Notes under the pieces: model-generated
The model's database searches: none
The model's input: the letters and a program-made list of their open reading frames with translations, nothing else
What the model was told of the DNA's origin: nothing
Source: Candidatus Omnitrophota bacterium
GTDB lineage: Bacteria; Omnitrophota; Gorgyraeia; 2-02-FULL-51-18
Assembly: GCA_023248025.1 (NCBI GenBank)
Contig: JAHFFI010000002.1
Coordinates: forward strand, 1 to 42,911
DNA: 42,911 nucleotides
Direction: 5' to 3'
Made by a program: the position numbers and the translations under genes
Shown: positions 1 to 8,569 of the stretch, one piece after another
Layout of the letters: each line of letters opens with the position of its first letter
Numbering within the stretch: the stretch's first letter is position 1

Positions 1-10
1 ATTCCGAAAG

Positions 11-134
11 AATTTTCGCCGTAGACGTCTCAGATACAAGACGCGAGGAAGTGAGCGCGGAGGCGCTATGGTAATAGCGTCGCACAAGCGAACGACCGAG
101 CAACGAAGTAGATGAGGCGGCTACGGTGAAAATT
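11..134 (+). other. Closed stem-loop domain, possibly a structured RNA of unknown class
   Basis: A 14-bp closing helix pairs AATTTTCGCCGTAG (11-24) with CTACGGTGAAAATT (121-134). It contains one G-T pair that is a wobble only in plus sense. Internal hairpins include AGCGC-GGAG-GCGCT. No long ORF is present. Confidence 0.3.
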
Positions 135-316
135 AGCCCCAAGGGGAGTCGACCGCTTTTGCCTCGTAGCGTTCGGTCCGCTGCGACAGACGTCTTGCGG
201 ACCTCACACTCGGCAAAAGTCGGGCATTCGCTGCCTCAAAGGAAAGCAGTTGCTCCTAATGGTCGCAACTGCTTTTATATGGGCTCGGCGGCTCTCGTTC
301 GACTCCCCTTGGGTCT
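135..316. repeat. 182-nt hairpin whose 18-bp closing stem is made of a direct and an inverted copy of the tRNA-Glu 3' end
   Basis: AGCCCCAAGGGGAGTCGA (135-152) pairs with TCGACTCCCCTTGGGTCT (299-316) at 17 of 18 positions. Internal helices are CCGCTTTTGCC/GGCAAAAGTCGG, GGTCCGC/GCGGACC and AAAGCAGTTGC/GCAACTGCTTT. Both arms match the 3' 25 nt of the adjacent tRNA-Glu plus its flank. Confidence 0.5.
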
Positions 317-346
317 AAATTTTATTGACCCAAAGATAGAAAAATT

Positions 347-419
347 TAGCCCCAAGGGGAGTCGAACCCCTGTCCCTACCGTGAGAGGGTAGTGTCCTAG
401 GCCACTAGACGATGGGGCC
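347..419 (-). tRNA. tRNA-Glu (anticodon CUC)
   Basis: The reverse complement reads GGCCCCATCGTCTAGTGGCCTAGGACACTACCCTCTCACGGTAGGGACAGGGGTTCGACTCCCCTTGGGGCTA. It folds into a cloverleaf with a 7-bp acceptor stem, anticodon stem CTACC/GGTAG, loop CTCTCAC (anticodon CTC) and T-loop GGGGTTCGACTCCCC. It closely resembles canonical bacterial tRNA-Glu. CCA is not encoded. Confidence 0.9.
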
Positions 420-446
420 AAGTTCGCATTAGCCAAGCAGGACACC

Positions 447-474
447 ATTTTCGACTAAAATAGATTTTTGTCAA
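447..474 (-). promoter_or_regulatory. Putative sigma70 promoter for tRNA-Glu
   Basis: The minus strand reads TTGACA (469-474), a 16-nt spacer, then GAAAAT (447-452), about 25 nt upstream of the tRNA 5' end. Confidence 0.4.
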
Positions 475-487
475 TTGTTTCCTTGCC

Positions 488-516
488 TTGACAACCTGGC
501 ACCTGCTAGGTATACT
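488..516 (+). promoter_or_regulatory. Sigma70 promoter for the PG-binding lipoprotein gene
   Basis: TTGACA (488-493), a 17-nt spacer, then TATACT (511-516). This implies that the ORF-track start at 488 is not the real start. Confidence 0.65.
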
Positions 517-586
517 CGCTTGCATTATGGACGCCGAGCAAATTTCAAAAAAAACCTCTGTGGGATCAAAAAAAGGAAATCTTCAA

Positions 587-1078
587 ATGAACCGAAATGT
601 ATTTTGCTCATTCATCGTATTGGGTTTGGCCGTATCTTTGACAAGTTGCGCAAAAAAAGCGGATGATCAGGCGAGCTTGGCGTCGAACAACACGATCAAC
701 GGTTTTGATTCACTGGCTACGACCGAAGAGTTAGCTCAGCTGCCCCAGGCGTCCAACTCGAACCAGCAGCAGGGTGTGGAAGTACTTCCCATTGAAGCTT
801 CACCGGTGTCCCAGATGCCGGCCCAGAGCGTGGCGGCCTCAGCGTTTTCAGCATTAAGCCGTGAACAGCAGATCCAAACGGCGCTTAAGAATGCCGGCTT
901 CTACAATGGTGCCCTTGACGGCAAGATCGGTCCCGCTTCTAAGAGAGCCATCGAAGCTTTCCAGAAAAGCAACGGATTGAAAGTAGACGGCAAAGTCGGG
1001 CCCAAGACTTGGTCAACGCTTGAACCCTACGTGAACGGCACGCCTGAGTCGTCCGCAAGTCAGAGCACGCAGCAGTAA
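587..1078 (+). CDS. Lipoprotein with a C-terminal peptidoglycan-binding (PG_binding_1) domain
   Basis: The internal ATG at 587 follows AAGGAAA and lies downstream of the promoter. The N-terminus MNRNVFCSFIVLGLAVSLTSC carries a lipobox. The C-terminus ...LDGKIGPASKRAIEAFQKSNGLKVDGKVGPKTW is the PG_binding_1 signature. Confidence 0.75.
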   Translation: MNRNVFCSFIVLGLAVSLTSCAKKADDQASLASNNTINGFDSLATTEELAQLPQASNSNQQQGVEVLPIEASPVSQMPAQSVAASAFSALSREQQIQTALKNAGFYNGALDGKIGPASKRAIEAFQKSNGLKVDGKVGPKTWSTLEPYVNGTPESSASQSTQQ

Positions 1079-1102
1079 AATTTTATAAGAAATTTCCATT
1101 AA

Positions 1103-1141
1103 CCACCCGGAGAGAATTTTCTTTCCGGGTGGTTTTTTTTC
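1103..1141 (+). terminator. Rho-independent terminator
   Basis: The stem CCACCCGGA/TCCGGGTGG is followed by a run of 8 T. Confidence 0.8.
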
Positions 1142-1223
1142 TGTCGAGCTGCGATGTACGAAAAGATGGAAGAATTTTGGTTTGGCAACTATAATGAGGA
1201 GTCAAAGATAGACAGGAGAATAC

Positions 1224-1745
1224 ATGAAAAAATGTTTTATGTCTCTGGGTATTTTTATCTTTATTACGCAATATTCTTCATTCGCTGCGGCCGCCCTGGC
1301 CAAAGCCGATATCAGATCCACAGGAACTGAGCTGTCTTTAACCGGAACCATATTTTTTACGGACACATCCGAAGGTCTTCACGTCATGGCGGAATTAAAA
1401 GGTCTGCCTCCGGGCAAACACGGTTTTCATATTCATGAGAATGCCAGCTGTGCGGACGCGGGCAAAGCCGCGGGAGGCCACTACAATCCCGCGGGCGCTC
1501 CTCACGGTCTTCTGACAAAGGACGGTTTACAGCATGCACATGCAGGGGATTTCGGCAATGTTGAATCCGATAAGAATGGCAATGCCAAGCTCGAGTTGAC
1601 ACTGCCGGGCCTGTCAATAGAGGGCGGGCAGTACAACGTCGCGGGTCATGCGGTCATCCTTCATGAAAAGGAAGATGATTTTGGCCAGCCCACCGGTAAT
1701 GCCGGCGGCCGTATCGGCTGCGGTCTTATAGAAATGTCCGAATAA
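1224..1745 (+). CDS. sodC: Periplasmic Cu/Zn superoxide dismutase
   Basis: There is a signal peptide. The motifs GFHIHE, HAGDFGN and GNAGGRIGCG are typical of SodC. Confidence 0.9.
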   Translation: MKKCFMSLGIFIFITQYSSFAAAALAKADIRSTGTELSLTGTIFFTDTSEGLHVMAELKGLPPGKHGFHIHENASCADAGKAAGGHYNPAGAPHGLLTKDGLQHAHAGDFGNVESDKNGNAKLELTLPGLSIEGGQYNVAGHAVILHEKEDDFGQPTGNAGGRIGCGLIEMSE

Positions 1746-1748
1746 CAA

Positions 1749-3245
1749 ATGTCGATGGGCAGTATTTCATCCGATCTTTTAAACCTAATCGCCGTCGCGG
1801 TTCTCATTGGCATTGGGACGGCCTATCTTCTTTATCACGGCGCCCATGTTAAAAAAGAAGTCCAGGTCAACCTCCCCCCGCCTTCACTGAAAAAAGACGC
1901 GAGTTTCGAAACGACGCCTGCAACTTCTTTGGACATTAAGAACAAAATAGAAAAGATTCCGCTGAAATCCGATAATCCCGAACTCGTAAAGAAGCAGATT
2001 GAGAGGCTCGTGCACGAAGAAGCACAGACGCTGCTCAAAGACGTGCGTCAGGAATTTGCCGTCAAAGAACAGTTGATCATCCAGGAAAAGAACAAAGAAG
2101 TCGATTCTATGCGCAAGGAATTTCAGGAAGTCCGGAAGCGCTACGAACAGATCAACAAAAGTTTCAAGCGTGCGGTTACGGAAAAGAAACAGACCGAAGC
2201 CGTGGTGCGCGGGATGGCGGAAGGCCTCGTCGTCGTCAACGGCAAGGGTCAGGTGCTTCTCATGAACGATACCGCTGAAAAAATGCTGGGTGTGGCAAAA
2301 GAAAAGAAAATAGGAAAGAACATCACCGAAGATATTCCAGACGAACTCTTGATCTCGCTGGCAAGAGATTCAGGCGACCAAAGCGAGGAAAAGGTCATCG
2401 AATTCGTCACAAAAAATGACAATGTAAAAAAAGTTCTGCGTTCTTCAAGCGCCGTTATCCAGAACGAGGAAGGCCAGACCGTCGGAATGTTGAACATTTT
2501 GACGGATGTGACGAAACAGCGCGAGCTGGATGAAATGAAAAAGAATTTCGTCGCTAACGTCACACACGAATTGCGCACACCCATTGTTGCCATGCAGAAG
2601 GCCACGGCCATTCTCACGAATAATTCCGCGGGACAGCTCACGGACACACAGACTAATTTCATGAACATCGTTTCGCGCAACCTCTCGCAGTTGTCGCGTC
2701 TGGTGGAGGATCTTCTGGATGTGGCTAAGATTGATTCGGGTAAAATGAAATTGAAACTGATTCCTACACGCATCGACCGGGTGCTGCAGGATGCCTGCGA
2801 CATGCTGGATACCTGGGCCAAATCCAAGAATCTTGAAATCGTGCGAAATATTGATAAGAATTTTCCTGAGATCCTGATCGATGCCGATAAGATCACGCAG
2901 GTCCTTAATAATCTCATCAGCAATGCCATCAAGTTCACGCCTTCGGGCGGTAAACTCACGGTAGCCACGAGCTGGGACCAGGACCCCAATTTCGTCAGGA
3001 TCAGCGTTGTCGATACGGGCGTCGGCATCGCGAAAGATGATCTTCCTAAGCTTTTTAGGCGCTTTGAACAGTTTGGTGACCAACAGGGCATCGTGGGTAC
3101 GGGTCTGGGTCTTTCTATTTCCAAAGAAATCATTGAGCGTCATGGTGGCCGTATCTGGGCCGAAAGTCTTGATAGAAAGGGTTCTACATTCTCATTCACG
3201 CTGTCTTTAAAGCCCCGCGCTGTTTCTGCGGAACTTGGCAGCTAA
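1749..3245 (+). CDS. Membrane-anchored sensor histidine kinase (PAS, HisKA and HATPase_c domains)
   Basis: An N-terminal TM segment and a coiled coil are followed by the H-box HELRTPI, the N-box [10 protein letters not shown] and the G-boxes DTGVGI and GTGLGLS. Confidence 0.9.
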   Translation: MSMGSISSDLLNLIAVAVLIGIGTAYLLYHGAHVKKEVQVNLPPPSLKKDASFETTPATSLDIKNKIEKIPLKSDNPELVKKQIERLVHEEAQTLLKDVRQEFAVKEQLIIQEKNKEVDSMRKEFQEVRKRYEQINKSFKRAVTEKKQTEAVVRGMAEGLVVVNGKGQVLLMNDTAEKMLGVAKEKKIGKNITEDIPDELLISLARDSGDQSEEKVIEFVTKNDNVKKVLRSSSAVIQNEEGQTVGMLNILTDVTKQRELDEMKKNFVANVTHELRTPIVAMQKATAILTNNSAGQLTDTQTNFMNIVSRNLSQLSRLVEDLLDVAKIDSGKMKLKLIPTRIDRVLQDACDMLDTWAKSKNLEIVRNIDKNFPEILIDADKITQVLNNLISNAIKFTPSGGKLTVATSWDQDPNFVRISVVDTGVGIAKDDLPKLFRRFEQFGDQQGIVGTGLGLSISKEIIERHGGRIWAESLDRKGSTFSFTLSLKPRAVSAELGS

Positions 3246-3270
3246 CCGGGACCGTTACAGGAGAAATGAT

Positions 3271-3663
3271 ATGTCGTCACCGATTCGCATTCTTTTTATA
3301 GATGATCAACCGGATTTTCTAGAGACCATGGCTTTTTGGATGAGATCCAAGGGCTATCAGGTCGTCACGGCCACTAGCGGCCAGACCGGCGTAGATCTGG
3401 CAAAAAAAGGAGAGATCGATGTCGTGTTTGTTGATTTTAAAATGCCCAACATGAACGGCATCGAAGTGATCGGTAAAATACGGGAGTTCAATCCTCACAT
3501 CCCGATTGTTATGGTGACGGCGCACGCTGACGACGCGATGTTGCATCAGACGAAGCACCTCAAAATTTCAGGATTTTTTTCAAAAATGGGCGCTTTTGAG
3601 GAACTCGATCAGGTCCTGGGCGTGGTGTTGAGAGGAATCGAGCGCGCAAAAGGTAATTCGTGA
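3271..3663 (+). CDS. Single-domain response regulator (receiver only)
   Basis: The ATG at 3271 is preceded by AGGAG. The sequence ILFIDD...[10 protein letters not shown]...VTA is a CheY-like receiver, and there is no output domain. The ORF-track start at 3235 overlaps the kinase gene and lacks an RBS. Confidence 0.85.
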   Translation: MSSPIRILFIDDQPDFLETMAFWMRSKGYQVVTATSGQTGVDLAKKGEIDVVFVDFKMPNMNGIEVIGKIREFNPHIPIVMVTAHADDAMLHQTKHLKISGFFSKMGAFEELDQVLGVVLRGIERAKGNS

Positions 3664-4793
3664 GGAGAGGTTTTTATTCCTGTTTTTTGTTGGCGGCTGC
3701 AGTTTTTATTTTATGCGGTGCGGTCAAAGAAGAGACGCTTAATATCGGTTTAGTGGCGCCTCTCACCGGAGACCAGGCTTATATCGGCATGGGCGTGCTG
3801 CAAGGAGCGCAAATGGCCATCGAGGACGCCAATATCAAAGGGCCGGTATTCGGAAATGTTAAGCTTAAACTCATCCCGCTGGATGACCAGCATAATCCCA
3901 CTCAGGCGGTTCTCGCCGCCAATAAATTAGCGGCTGATCCGAATGTCATGGCACTGGTAGGGCATTTTAATTCAAGCTGTACCAAGGCCGCATCGGCCAT
4001 CTACCACGAAGCACGCATGGCTGAGGTGAGTCCTGCTTCTACGAATCCTGAAATTTCAAGACAAGGTTTTGATACTTTTTTCCGTGTCTGCGCGACCGAT
4101 GATGTCCAGGCGCCAACTGCCGCCAATTTTGTATGGAATAAGATCGGCGCAAAAAAGATCGCCATTATCGACGACCAGACGACTTACGGAAAGGGTTTGG
4201 CGGACGAATTCGAAAAAAAATTTAAATTACTCGGCGGCAACGTGGTGACGCGCGGCGGTATCACACAGGGCGAAAAAGATTTTACGCCGCTTCTGACAAA
4301 AGTGCGTTCTCTGAAGCCGGAGATTGTGTTTTACGGCGGTGTTTATCCGGAGCTGGCGCTTTTACTCAAACAGGCGCGCAAAGTGGGTTTAAACGTTCCG
4401 TGGATGGGTGGGGACGGCATTTATGATGTCTCATTAATAAAGCTCGCCACACCCCAGATCGCCGAAGGCACTTACGCCACGATGCTGGGCGTCGATCCTC
4501 ATTCGCTGCCGTCCGCCGGTGATTTTGTGAAGCGCTACGAAGCGCGCTACGGCGAGATTGGTTCATTCTCTGCGTATGCCTATGACGCAGCCAATGTCAT
4601 CATCGCAGCCATCCGCCGCGCGGGCACGAAAGACCGCGAAAAGATCCTCAAAGAGCTTCACGCCACAAAAGATTTCCCCGGAGTGCTCGGTCTCGTTAAT
4701 TTCGATGAAAAAGGGGATGCCGTCGGGAAAAGCGTCGGCGTCTTCAAGATAGAAGGCGGTAAATTTAAATTTATCGAAGAAGCCAAACCGTAA
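3660..4793 (+). CDS. livK: Branched-chain amino-acid ABC transporter substrate-binding protein (LivK/LivJ-like, Peripla_BP_6)
   Basis: It has a signal peptide, and its length and composition are typical of type-I periplasmic binding proteins. It is followed by livHMGF. The GTG start overlaps the regulator stop (GTGA). Confidence 0.8.
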   Translation: MRRGFYSCFLLAAAVFILCGAVKEETLNIGLVAPLTGDQAYIGMGVLQGAQMAIEDANIKGPVFGNVKLKLIPLDDQHNPTQAVLAANKLAADPNVMALVGHFNSSCTKAASAIYHEARMAEVSPASTNPEISRQGFDTFFRVCATDDVQAPTAANFVWNKIGAKKIAIIDDQTTYGKGLADEFEKKFKLLGGNVVTRGGITQGEKDFTPLLTKVRSLKPEIVFYGGVYPELALLLKQARKVGLNVPWMGGDGIYDVSLIKLATPQIAEGTYATMLGVDPHSLPSAGDFVKRYEARYGEIGSFSAYAYDAANVIIAAIRRAGTKDREKILKELHATKDFPGVLGLVNFDEKGDAVGKSVGVFKIEGGKFKFIEEAKP

Positions 4794-5711
4794 GTGAGTG
4801 CCGTGCTTGAGCTTTTTCTCCAACAACTCCTCAATGGTCTTACCATCGGTATGGTCTACGCGCTGATAGCGCTTGGGTACACGATGGTTTACGGCGTGAT
4901 CCAGCTTATCAATTTTGCTCATGGAGAAGTATTCATGGTGGGCGCTTACTTGGCGCTCGGCATGATCATGATCTTGGCATCCGTGGCTCCCGGCCTCACG
5001 TTTTGGTTGGCGCTTCCGTGCATTTTCCTATTTTCCATGTCGGGCTCAGCACTTTTGGGTGCGGGCATCGAGCGCATCGCATACCGGCCTTTGAGAGGCT
5101 CACCAAAACTTACGGCGCTCATCACTTCTATCGGTGTGTCTTTTTTTCTACAGAACGCGGTCATGCTTATTTGCGGTTCGCGGGAGCAAAGCGTCCCCGA
5201 GATTGTTCCATATAAGCGATTTGAATGGGGGCCGCTTTCTTTTTCTTTGATGCAGGTACTGATTTTTGCAGTGTCCATCGGTCTCATGTTCTTTCTTTGG
5301 TGGTTCATCCAGCATACGAAGTCGGGCAAGGCGATGCGCGCTTGTTCCGGGGACGCGGAAGCGGCACAACTCGTGGGCATTGACATCAATCCCATGATTC
5401 GGAAAACTTTTATGCTGGGTTCGGTATTGGCATCCATCGGAGGGGCGCTCTTTGCCATGTATTATGGTTCCATCAATTTTCATGACGGATATCTCGCCGG
5501 TCTTAAAGCCTTCACAGCCGCAGTGTTAGGCGGTATTGGCAGCGTACCGGGCGCCATGCTGGGTGGAATTCTTCTCGGCGTGCTGGAAGGGTTGGCCGCG
5601 GGCTACATTTCTTCCGAGTGGAAAGATGTCGTGGCGTTTCTTTTACTGGGGGTTGTTCTTATATTCAAGCCATCTGGCATCATGGGTGAAAATCTTCCGG
5701 ATAAAGTCTGA
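4794..5711 (+). CDS. livH: Branched-chain amino-acid ABC transporter permease
   Basis: It is a polytopic membrane protein with LivH-like motifs (INFAHGE, GGIGS.PGA.LGG). Confidence 0.9.
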   Translation: MSAVLELFLQQLLNGLTIGMVYALIALGYTMVYGVIQLINFAHGEVFMVGAYLALGMIMILASVAPGLTFWLALPCIFLFSMSGSALLGAGIERIAYRPLRGSPKLTALITSIGVSFFLQNAVMLICGSREQSVPEIVPYKRFEWGPLSFSLMQVLIFAVSIGLMFFLWWFIQHTKSGKAMRACSGDAEAAQLVGIDINPMIRKTFMLGSVLASIGGALFAMYYGSINFHDGYLAGLKAFTAAVLGGIGSVPGAMLGGILLGVLEGLAAGYISSEWKDVVAFLLLGVVLIFKPSGIMGENLPDKV

Positions 5712-6688
5712 TGCTTCGTAAACGCGCCCCGCTTCTCTCGCAGGTCATTGTTTTTGTCGGACCTTTAGCGCTTCTGCCATTATTCGATAAGAACGCCTAC
5801 CATCTGGATGTGATGACAAACGTCGGTATTTATGCGCTTTTGGCCATGGGCCTCAATGTCGTTGTGGGGCAAGCGGGACTTTTGAACCTGGGCTACGCCG
5901 CTTTTTTTGCCCTGGGTGCTTATACCTATGCGCTCTTGAATATTCATTGGGGCGTTCCATTTTGGATCGGTCTTTGGGCGGCCGGTTTCGTATCGATGTT
6001 TTTTGGTTTTTTGATTGCAGTCCCGTCCATTCGCGTGCGAGGGGACTACTTAGCTATTACGACGCTGGGTTTCGGCGAGATCGTCCGCATCGCCTTCAAT
6101 AATCTCGACGCGTGGACCGGTGGACCCAACGGACTTCTCGGTATTAAACGGCCCGTTTTCTTTATGTTGAAATTTTCCGTTGATCCTACGCCTTATTTTT
6201 ATCTTATTCTGGTGTTTGTGGGTATTACGGCCTATTTTCTGTTGCGAATGAGTGATTCGAGACTCGGCCGCGCGCTTGTCGCCATACGCGAAGATGAACT
6301 TGCCGCGTCCTGTATGGGGATACACACGCTTAAGATCAAACTTTATGCATTTGGATTGAGCTCATTCATTGCCGGTGTGGCTGGGTGTTTTTTTGCCGCT
6401 AAACAGACCATTGTGACGCCCGATAGTTTTGATTTCGTTCTGTCCGTATTTCTTCTCGCTATGGTGGTGCTGGGTGGACTCGGGAACATCTGGGGAGCGG
6501 TTTTAGGCGCGCTTGTACTGGGTATTTTACCCGAACTTTTGCGGGAATTTTCATCGTACCGAATGTTGATATTTGGCACCCTCATGATACTCATGATGAT
6601 ATTTCGTCCCCAGGGAATACTTGGCAATCCCATTATTCGTAAAGAACTGGGCGCCCGCGACAAGGAAGAAAGCCATGCCGCTTCTTGA
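5711..6688 (+). CDS. livM: Branched-chain amino-acid ABC transporter permease
   Basis: It is a polytopic membrane protein with the LivM-like motifs GQAGLLNLG and YLAITTLGFGEI. Its start overlaps the livH stop. Confidence 0.9.
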   Translation: MLRKRAPLLSQVIVFVGPLALLPLFDKNAYHLDVMTNVGIYALLAMGLNVVVGQAGLLNLGYAAFFALGAYTYALLNIHWGVPFWIGLWAAGFVSMFFGFLIAVPSIRVRGDYLAITTLGFGEIVRIAFNNLDAWTGGPNGLLGIKRPVFFMLKFSVDPTPYFYLILVFVGITAYFLLRMSDSRLGRALVAIREDELAASCMGIHTLKIKLYAFGLSSFIAGVAGCFFAAKQTIVTPDSFDFVLSVFLLAMVVLGGLGNIWGAVLGALVLGILPELLREFSSYRMLIFGTLMILMMIFRPQGILGNPIIRKELGARDKEESHAAS

Positions 6689-7439
6689 CGTCAGACAAGT
6701 CTCTAAACGTTTCGGAGGTGTCGCAGCCCTGAACCATATCGACATGAATGTTCTTGAAGGCGAGATCGTGGGGCTCATCGGACCCAATGGCGCCGGCAAG
6801 ACATCTTTTTTTAATTGTGTCACCGGCCTCACGCGTATCGACGAGGGCGAGATATTCTTTAAAGAAGGCGCCGTGCGCCTCGATAAGCTCGCCAGCCACT
6901 CGATCGTCAAGTGCGGTATCGCGAGGACCTTCCAGAACCTGCGAATTTTTAAGAACATGACGCTTCTGGATAACGTAGCCGTTGGATTCCACACGCGGGC
7001 GAAGGCGGGGTTGTTGGACGCATTTTTTAGCACGCGCAGGAGACAGGTCGAGGAAAAAAGGATTTTCTCACAAAGTCTTTCGTTGTTGGAATTTGCCGGT
7101 CTTTCCGGAAAAGGCAACGAAATATCTGCTAATTTATGCTACGGCGATCAGAAAAGGCTCGAGATAGCGCGTGCTCTGGCGTGTTCTCCGAAGCTCTTAC
7201 TTTTAGATGAGCCTGTTGCCGGGATGAATCCTACAGAAAAAGAAGAGATCTCAAGGCTTATCGAAAAAATACGCCGGCAGGGCATCTCCATTCTCTTGAT
7301 TGAGCATGACATGAAAGTCGTCATGCCTCTTTCAGACCGTATCATAGTGATGGACGAAGGAAAAAAGATCGCAGAAGGAAAACCCAACGAGATCCAAAAG
7401 AACGAAAACGTCATCAAAGCATATTTAGGTGAAGTTTAA
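6675..7439 (+). CDS. livG: Branched-chain amino-acid ABC transporter ATP-binding protein
   Basis: The start is taken at the internal ATG (MPLLDVRQVSKRFGG). It has Walker A GPNGAGKTS, the signature YGDQKRLE and Walker B LLLLDEP. Confidence 0.9.
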   Translation: MPLLDVRQVSKRFGGVAALNHIDMNVLEGEIVGLIGPNGAGKTSFFNCVTGLTRIDEGEIFFKEGAVRLDKLASHSIVKCGIARTFQNLRIFKNMTLLDNVAVGFHTRAKAGLLDAFFSTRRRQVEEKRIFSQSLSLLEFAGLSGKGNEISANLCYGDQKRLEIARALACSPKLLLLDEPVAGMNPTEKEEISRLIEKIRRQGISILLIEHDMKVVMPLSDRIIVMDEGKKIAEGKPNEIQKNENVIKAYLGEV

Positions 7440-8140
7440 TGTTGTCCCTTGAGCATATCCATACGCGCTATGGCAAGGTTGAATGTCTGAAGGGTGTAAG
7501 CTTCAACGTACAAGCCGGCGAGATCGTAGCTCTTTTGGGGGCCAATGGCGCCGGAAAGACAACGGTGCTGAAAACCATCTCAGGTCTCATTCATCCTGTG
7601 GCCGGCGAAATACTTTTTCAGGGAAAGATCATTTCACAGAATTCAGCGTCCGAAATCGTAAAGCGCGGTATAGCGCATGTGCCTGAAGGCCGGAAAGTTT
7701 TTCAAAAATTGACGGTGTTGGAGAATCTTGAGTTGGGAGCGTTTTTACGGACAAAAAAGGAAGCACTGCAGGGCATGGAAACAGTTTTCGAAATTTTCCC
7801 TCTTCTCAAAAAAAGGCTAAGTCAGAAAGCGGGAACGCTTTCAGGGGGAGAACAGCAGATGCTGGCCATCGGGAGGGGTCTTATGTCGCGGCCGTCGCTG
7901 CTTATTCTTGATGAGCCCTCTTTAGGTTTAGCTCCCTTATTGGTGGCGACTATTTTTAGGATGATAGAAACTATTCATAAACAGGGTAAGACCATTCTCT
8001 TAGTGGAGCAAAACGCCCGCATGGCTCTAAAGATCGCAGATAGAGCCTATGTGATGGAAACAGGCTGTATCGTGTTGGAGGGTGATGCGAAAAAACTTCT
8101 GGAAGATCCGGCCGTACGCAGCGCTTATCTCGGCGGGTAG
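7439..8140 (+). CDS. livF: Branched-chain amino-acid ABC transporter ATP-binding protein
   Basis: It has Walker A GANGAGKTT, the signature LSGGEQQM and Walker B LLILDEP. The start overlaps the livG stop. Confidence 0.9.
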   Translation: MLSLEHIHTRYGKVECLKGVSFNVQAGEIVALLGANGAGKTTVLKTISGLIHPVAGEILFQGKIISQNSASEIVKRGIAHVPEGRKVFQKLTVLENLELGAFLRTKKEALQGMETVFEIFPLLKKRLSQKAGTLSGGEQQMLAIGRGLMSRPSLLILDEPSLGLAPLLVATIFRMIETIHKQGKTILLVEQNARMALKIADRAYVMETGCIVLEGDAKKLLEDPAVRSAYLGG

Positions 8141-8143
8141 TTT

Positions 8144-8350
8144 TTAAGCTGTTTTTTTCTTTAGAATGAAATTCAGTTTACCGGTTTTGTCCAGAACGAT
8201 GTCGAGCGTCTTATCCTGAAGCGCTTTTTTATGTTTGCCGCACAAGAGAACAGGGAACATTTCTTCAGTTTGAGGCATCACATTCGTGACCGTCTCAACT
8301 TCAACGAATTCACTCGTACCGCACACCGAACATATTTTTTCGAGGGCCAT
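8144..8350 (-). CDS. Small hypothetical protein, possibly with a CCCH zinc-binding site
   Basis: This 68-aa ORF contains CSVC...CGKH. On the minus strand an AAGGAT RBS and the extended -10 element TGATAAAAT lie upstream. Confidence 0.5.
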   Translation of the reverse strand: MALEKICSVCGTSEFVEVETVTNVMPQTEEMFPVLLCGKHKKALQDKTLDIVLDKTGKLNFILKKKTA

Positions 8351-8368
8351 TAAATTATCCTTACTTAT

Positions 8369-8377
8369 ATTTTATCA
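8369..8377 (-). promoter_or_regulatory. Extended -10 element (TGATAAAAT) for the 68-aa gene
   Basis: The plus strand ATTTTATCA is the reverse complement of TGATAAAAT, about 20 nt upstream of the ATG at 8350. Confidence 0.35.
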
Positions 8378-8384
8378 TAAAAAA

Positions 8385-8393
8385 TGCTAAAAT
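8385..8393 (+). promoter_or_regulatory. Extended -10 element (TGCTAAAAT) driving a ~160-nt leader upstream of the 77-aa secreted protein gene
   Basis: TGCTAAAAT lies at 8385-8393, with a weak -35 (TTATAT) 17 nt upstream. Confidence 0.35.
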
Positions 8394-8569
8394 ACTCGAA
8401 TGACGACACACAGAGGTCTTACAAAGCTGGAAAGACGGGCGCACATGAACATCCACAATACAAAAGAGGTGCGAGAACCCAATAAGCAAGTCGGCTACAC
8501 GAGGGACCGTTTCGGCAAAAAGCACCGTGTCGAGGGTATTTCGTTGAGAAAGCGAGGAGTTTAAGTTCA

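Noticed and set aside
135-316. I considered whether the tRNA-like hairpin region could be a tmRNA, a second tRNA, 6S RNA, SRP RNA or RNase P RNA.
   Set aside because: - It has no complete T-arm (the 5' half of the T stem is missing).
- It has no tmRNA 5' GGGG...UUCGAC motif, 3' CCA-type acceptor pairing or tag reading frame.
- It lacks the SRP GGAA tetraloop motif and the RNase P GAGGAAAGUCC motif.
- A three-way junction is not the 6S architecture.
126-392. An 88-aa ORF (plus strand) spans the hairpin and the tRNA-Glu region.
   Set aside because: It overlaps the tRNA gene and the inverted repeats, has no RBS, and its composition is driven by the repeats. It is almost certainly non-coding.
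488-586. The ORF track gives upstream-extended starts for several genes: 488, 3235, 6621, 10815, 21222, 28931, 29885, 31848, 35665 and 42644.
   Set aside because: - The internal starts give proper signal peptides or canonical N-termini and have an RBS or ATGA/GTGA coupling with the upstream stop.
- In two cases (488 and 42644) the extension would include the promoter itself.
2249-3133. Long antisense or out-of-frame ORFs lie inside well-supported genes. Examples are 2249-3133 (minus), 8800-9501 (minus), 23285-23974 (minus), 25535-26128 (minus), 6551-7117 (minus), 40510-41118 (plus) and 38694-39296 (plus).
   Set aside because: They are shadow ORFs opposite genes with strong family signatures (histidine kinase, PBP, GT39/pfkB, cca, livG, nuoCD, nuoH/I). 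Their composition is low-complexity or atypical, and they have no RBS.
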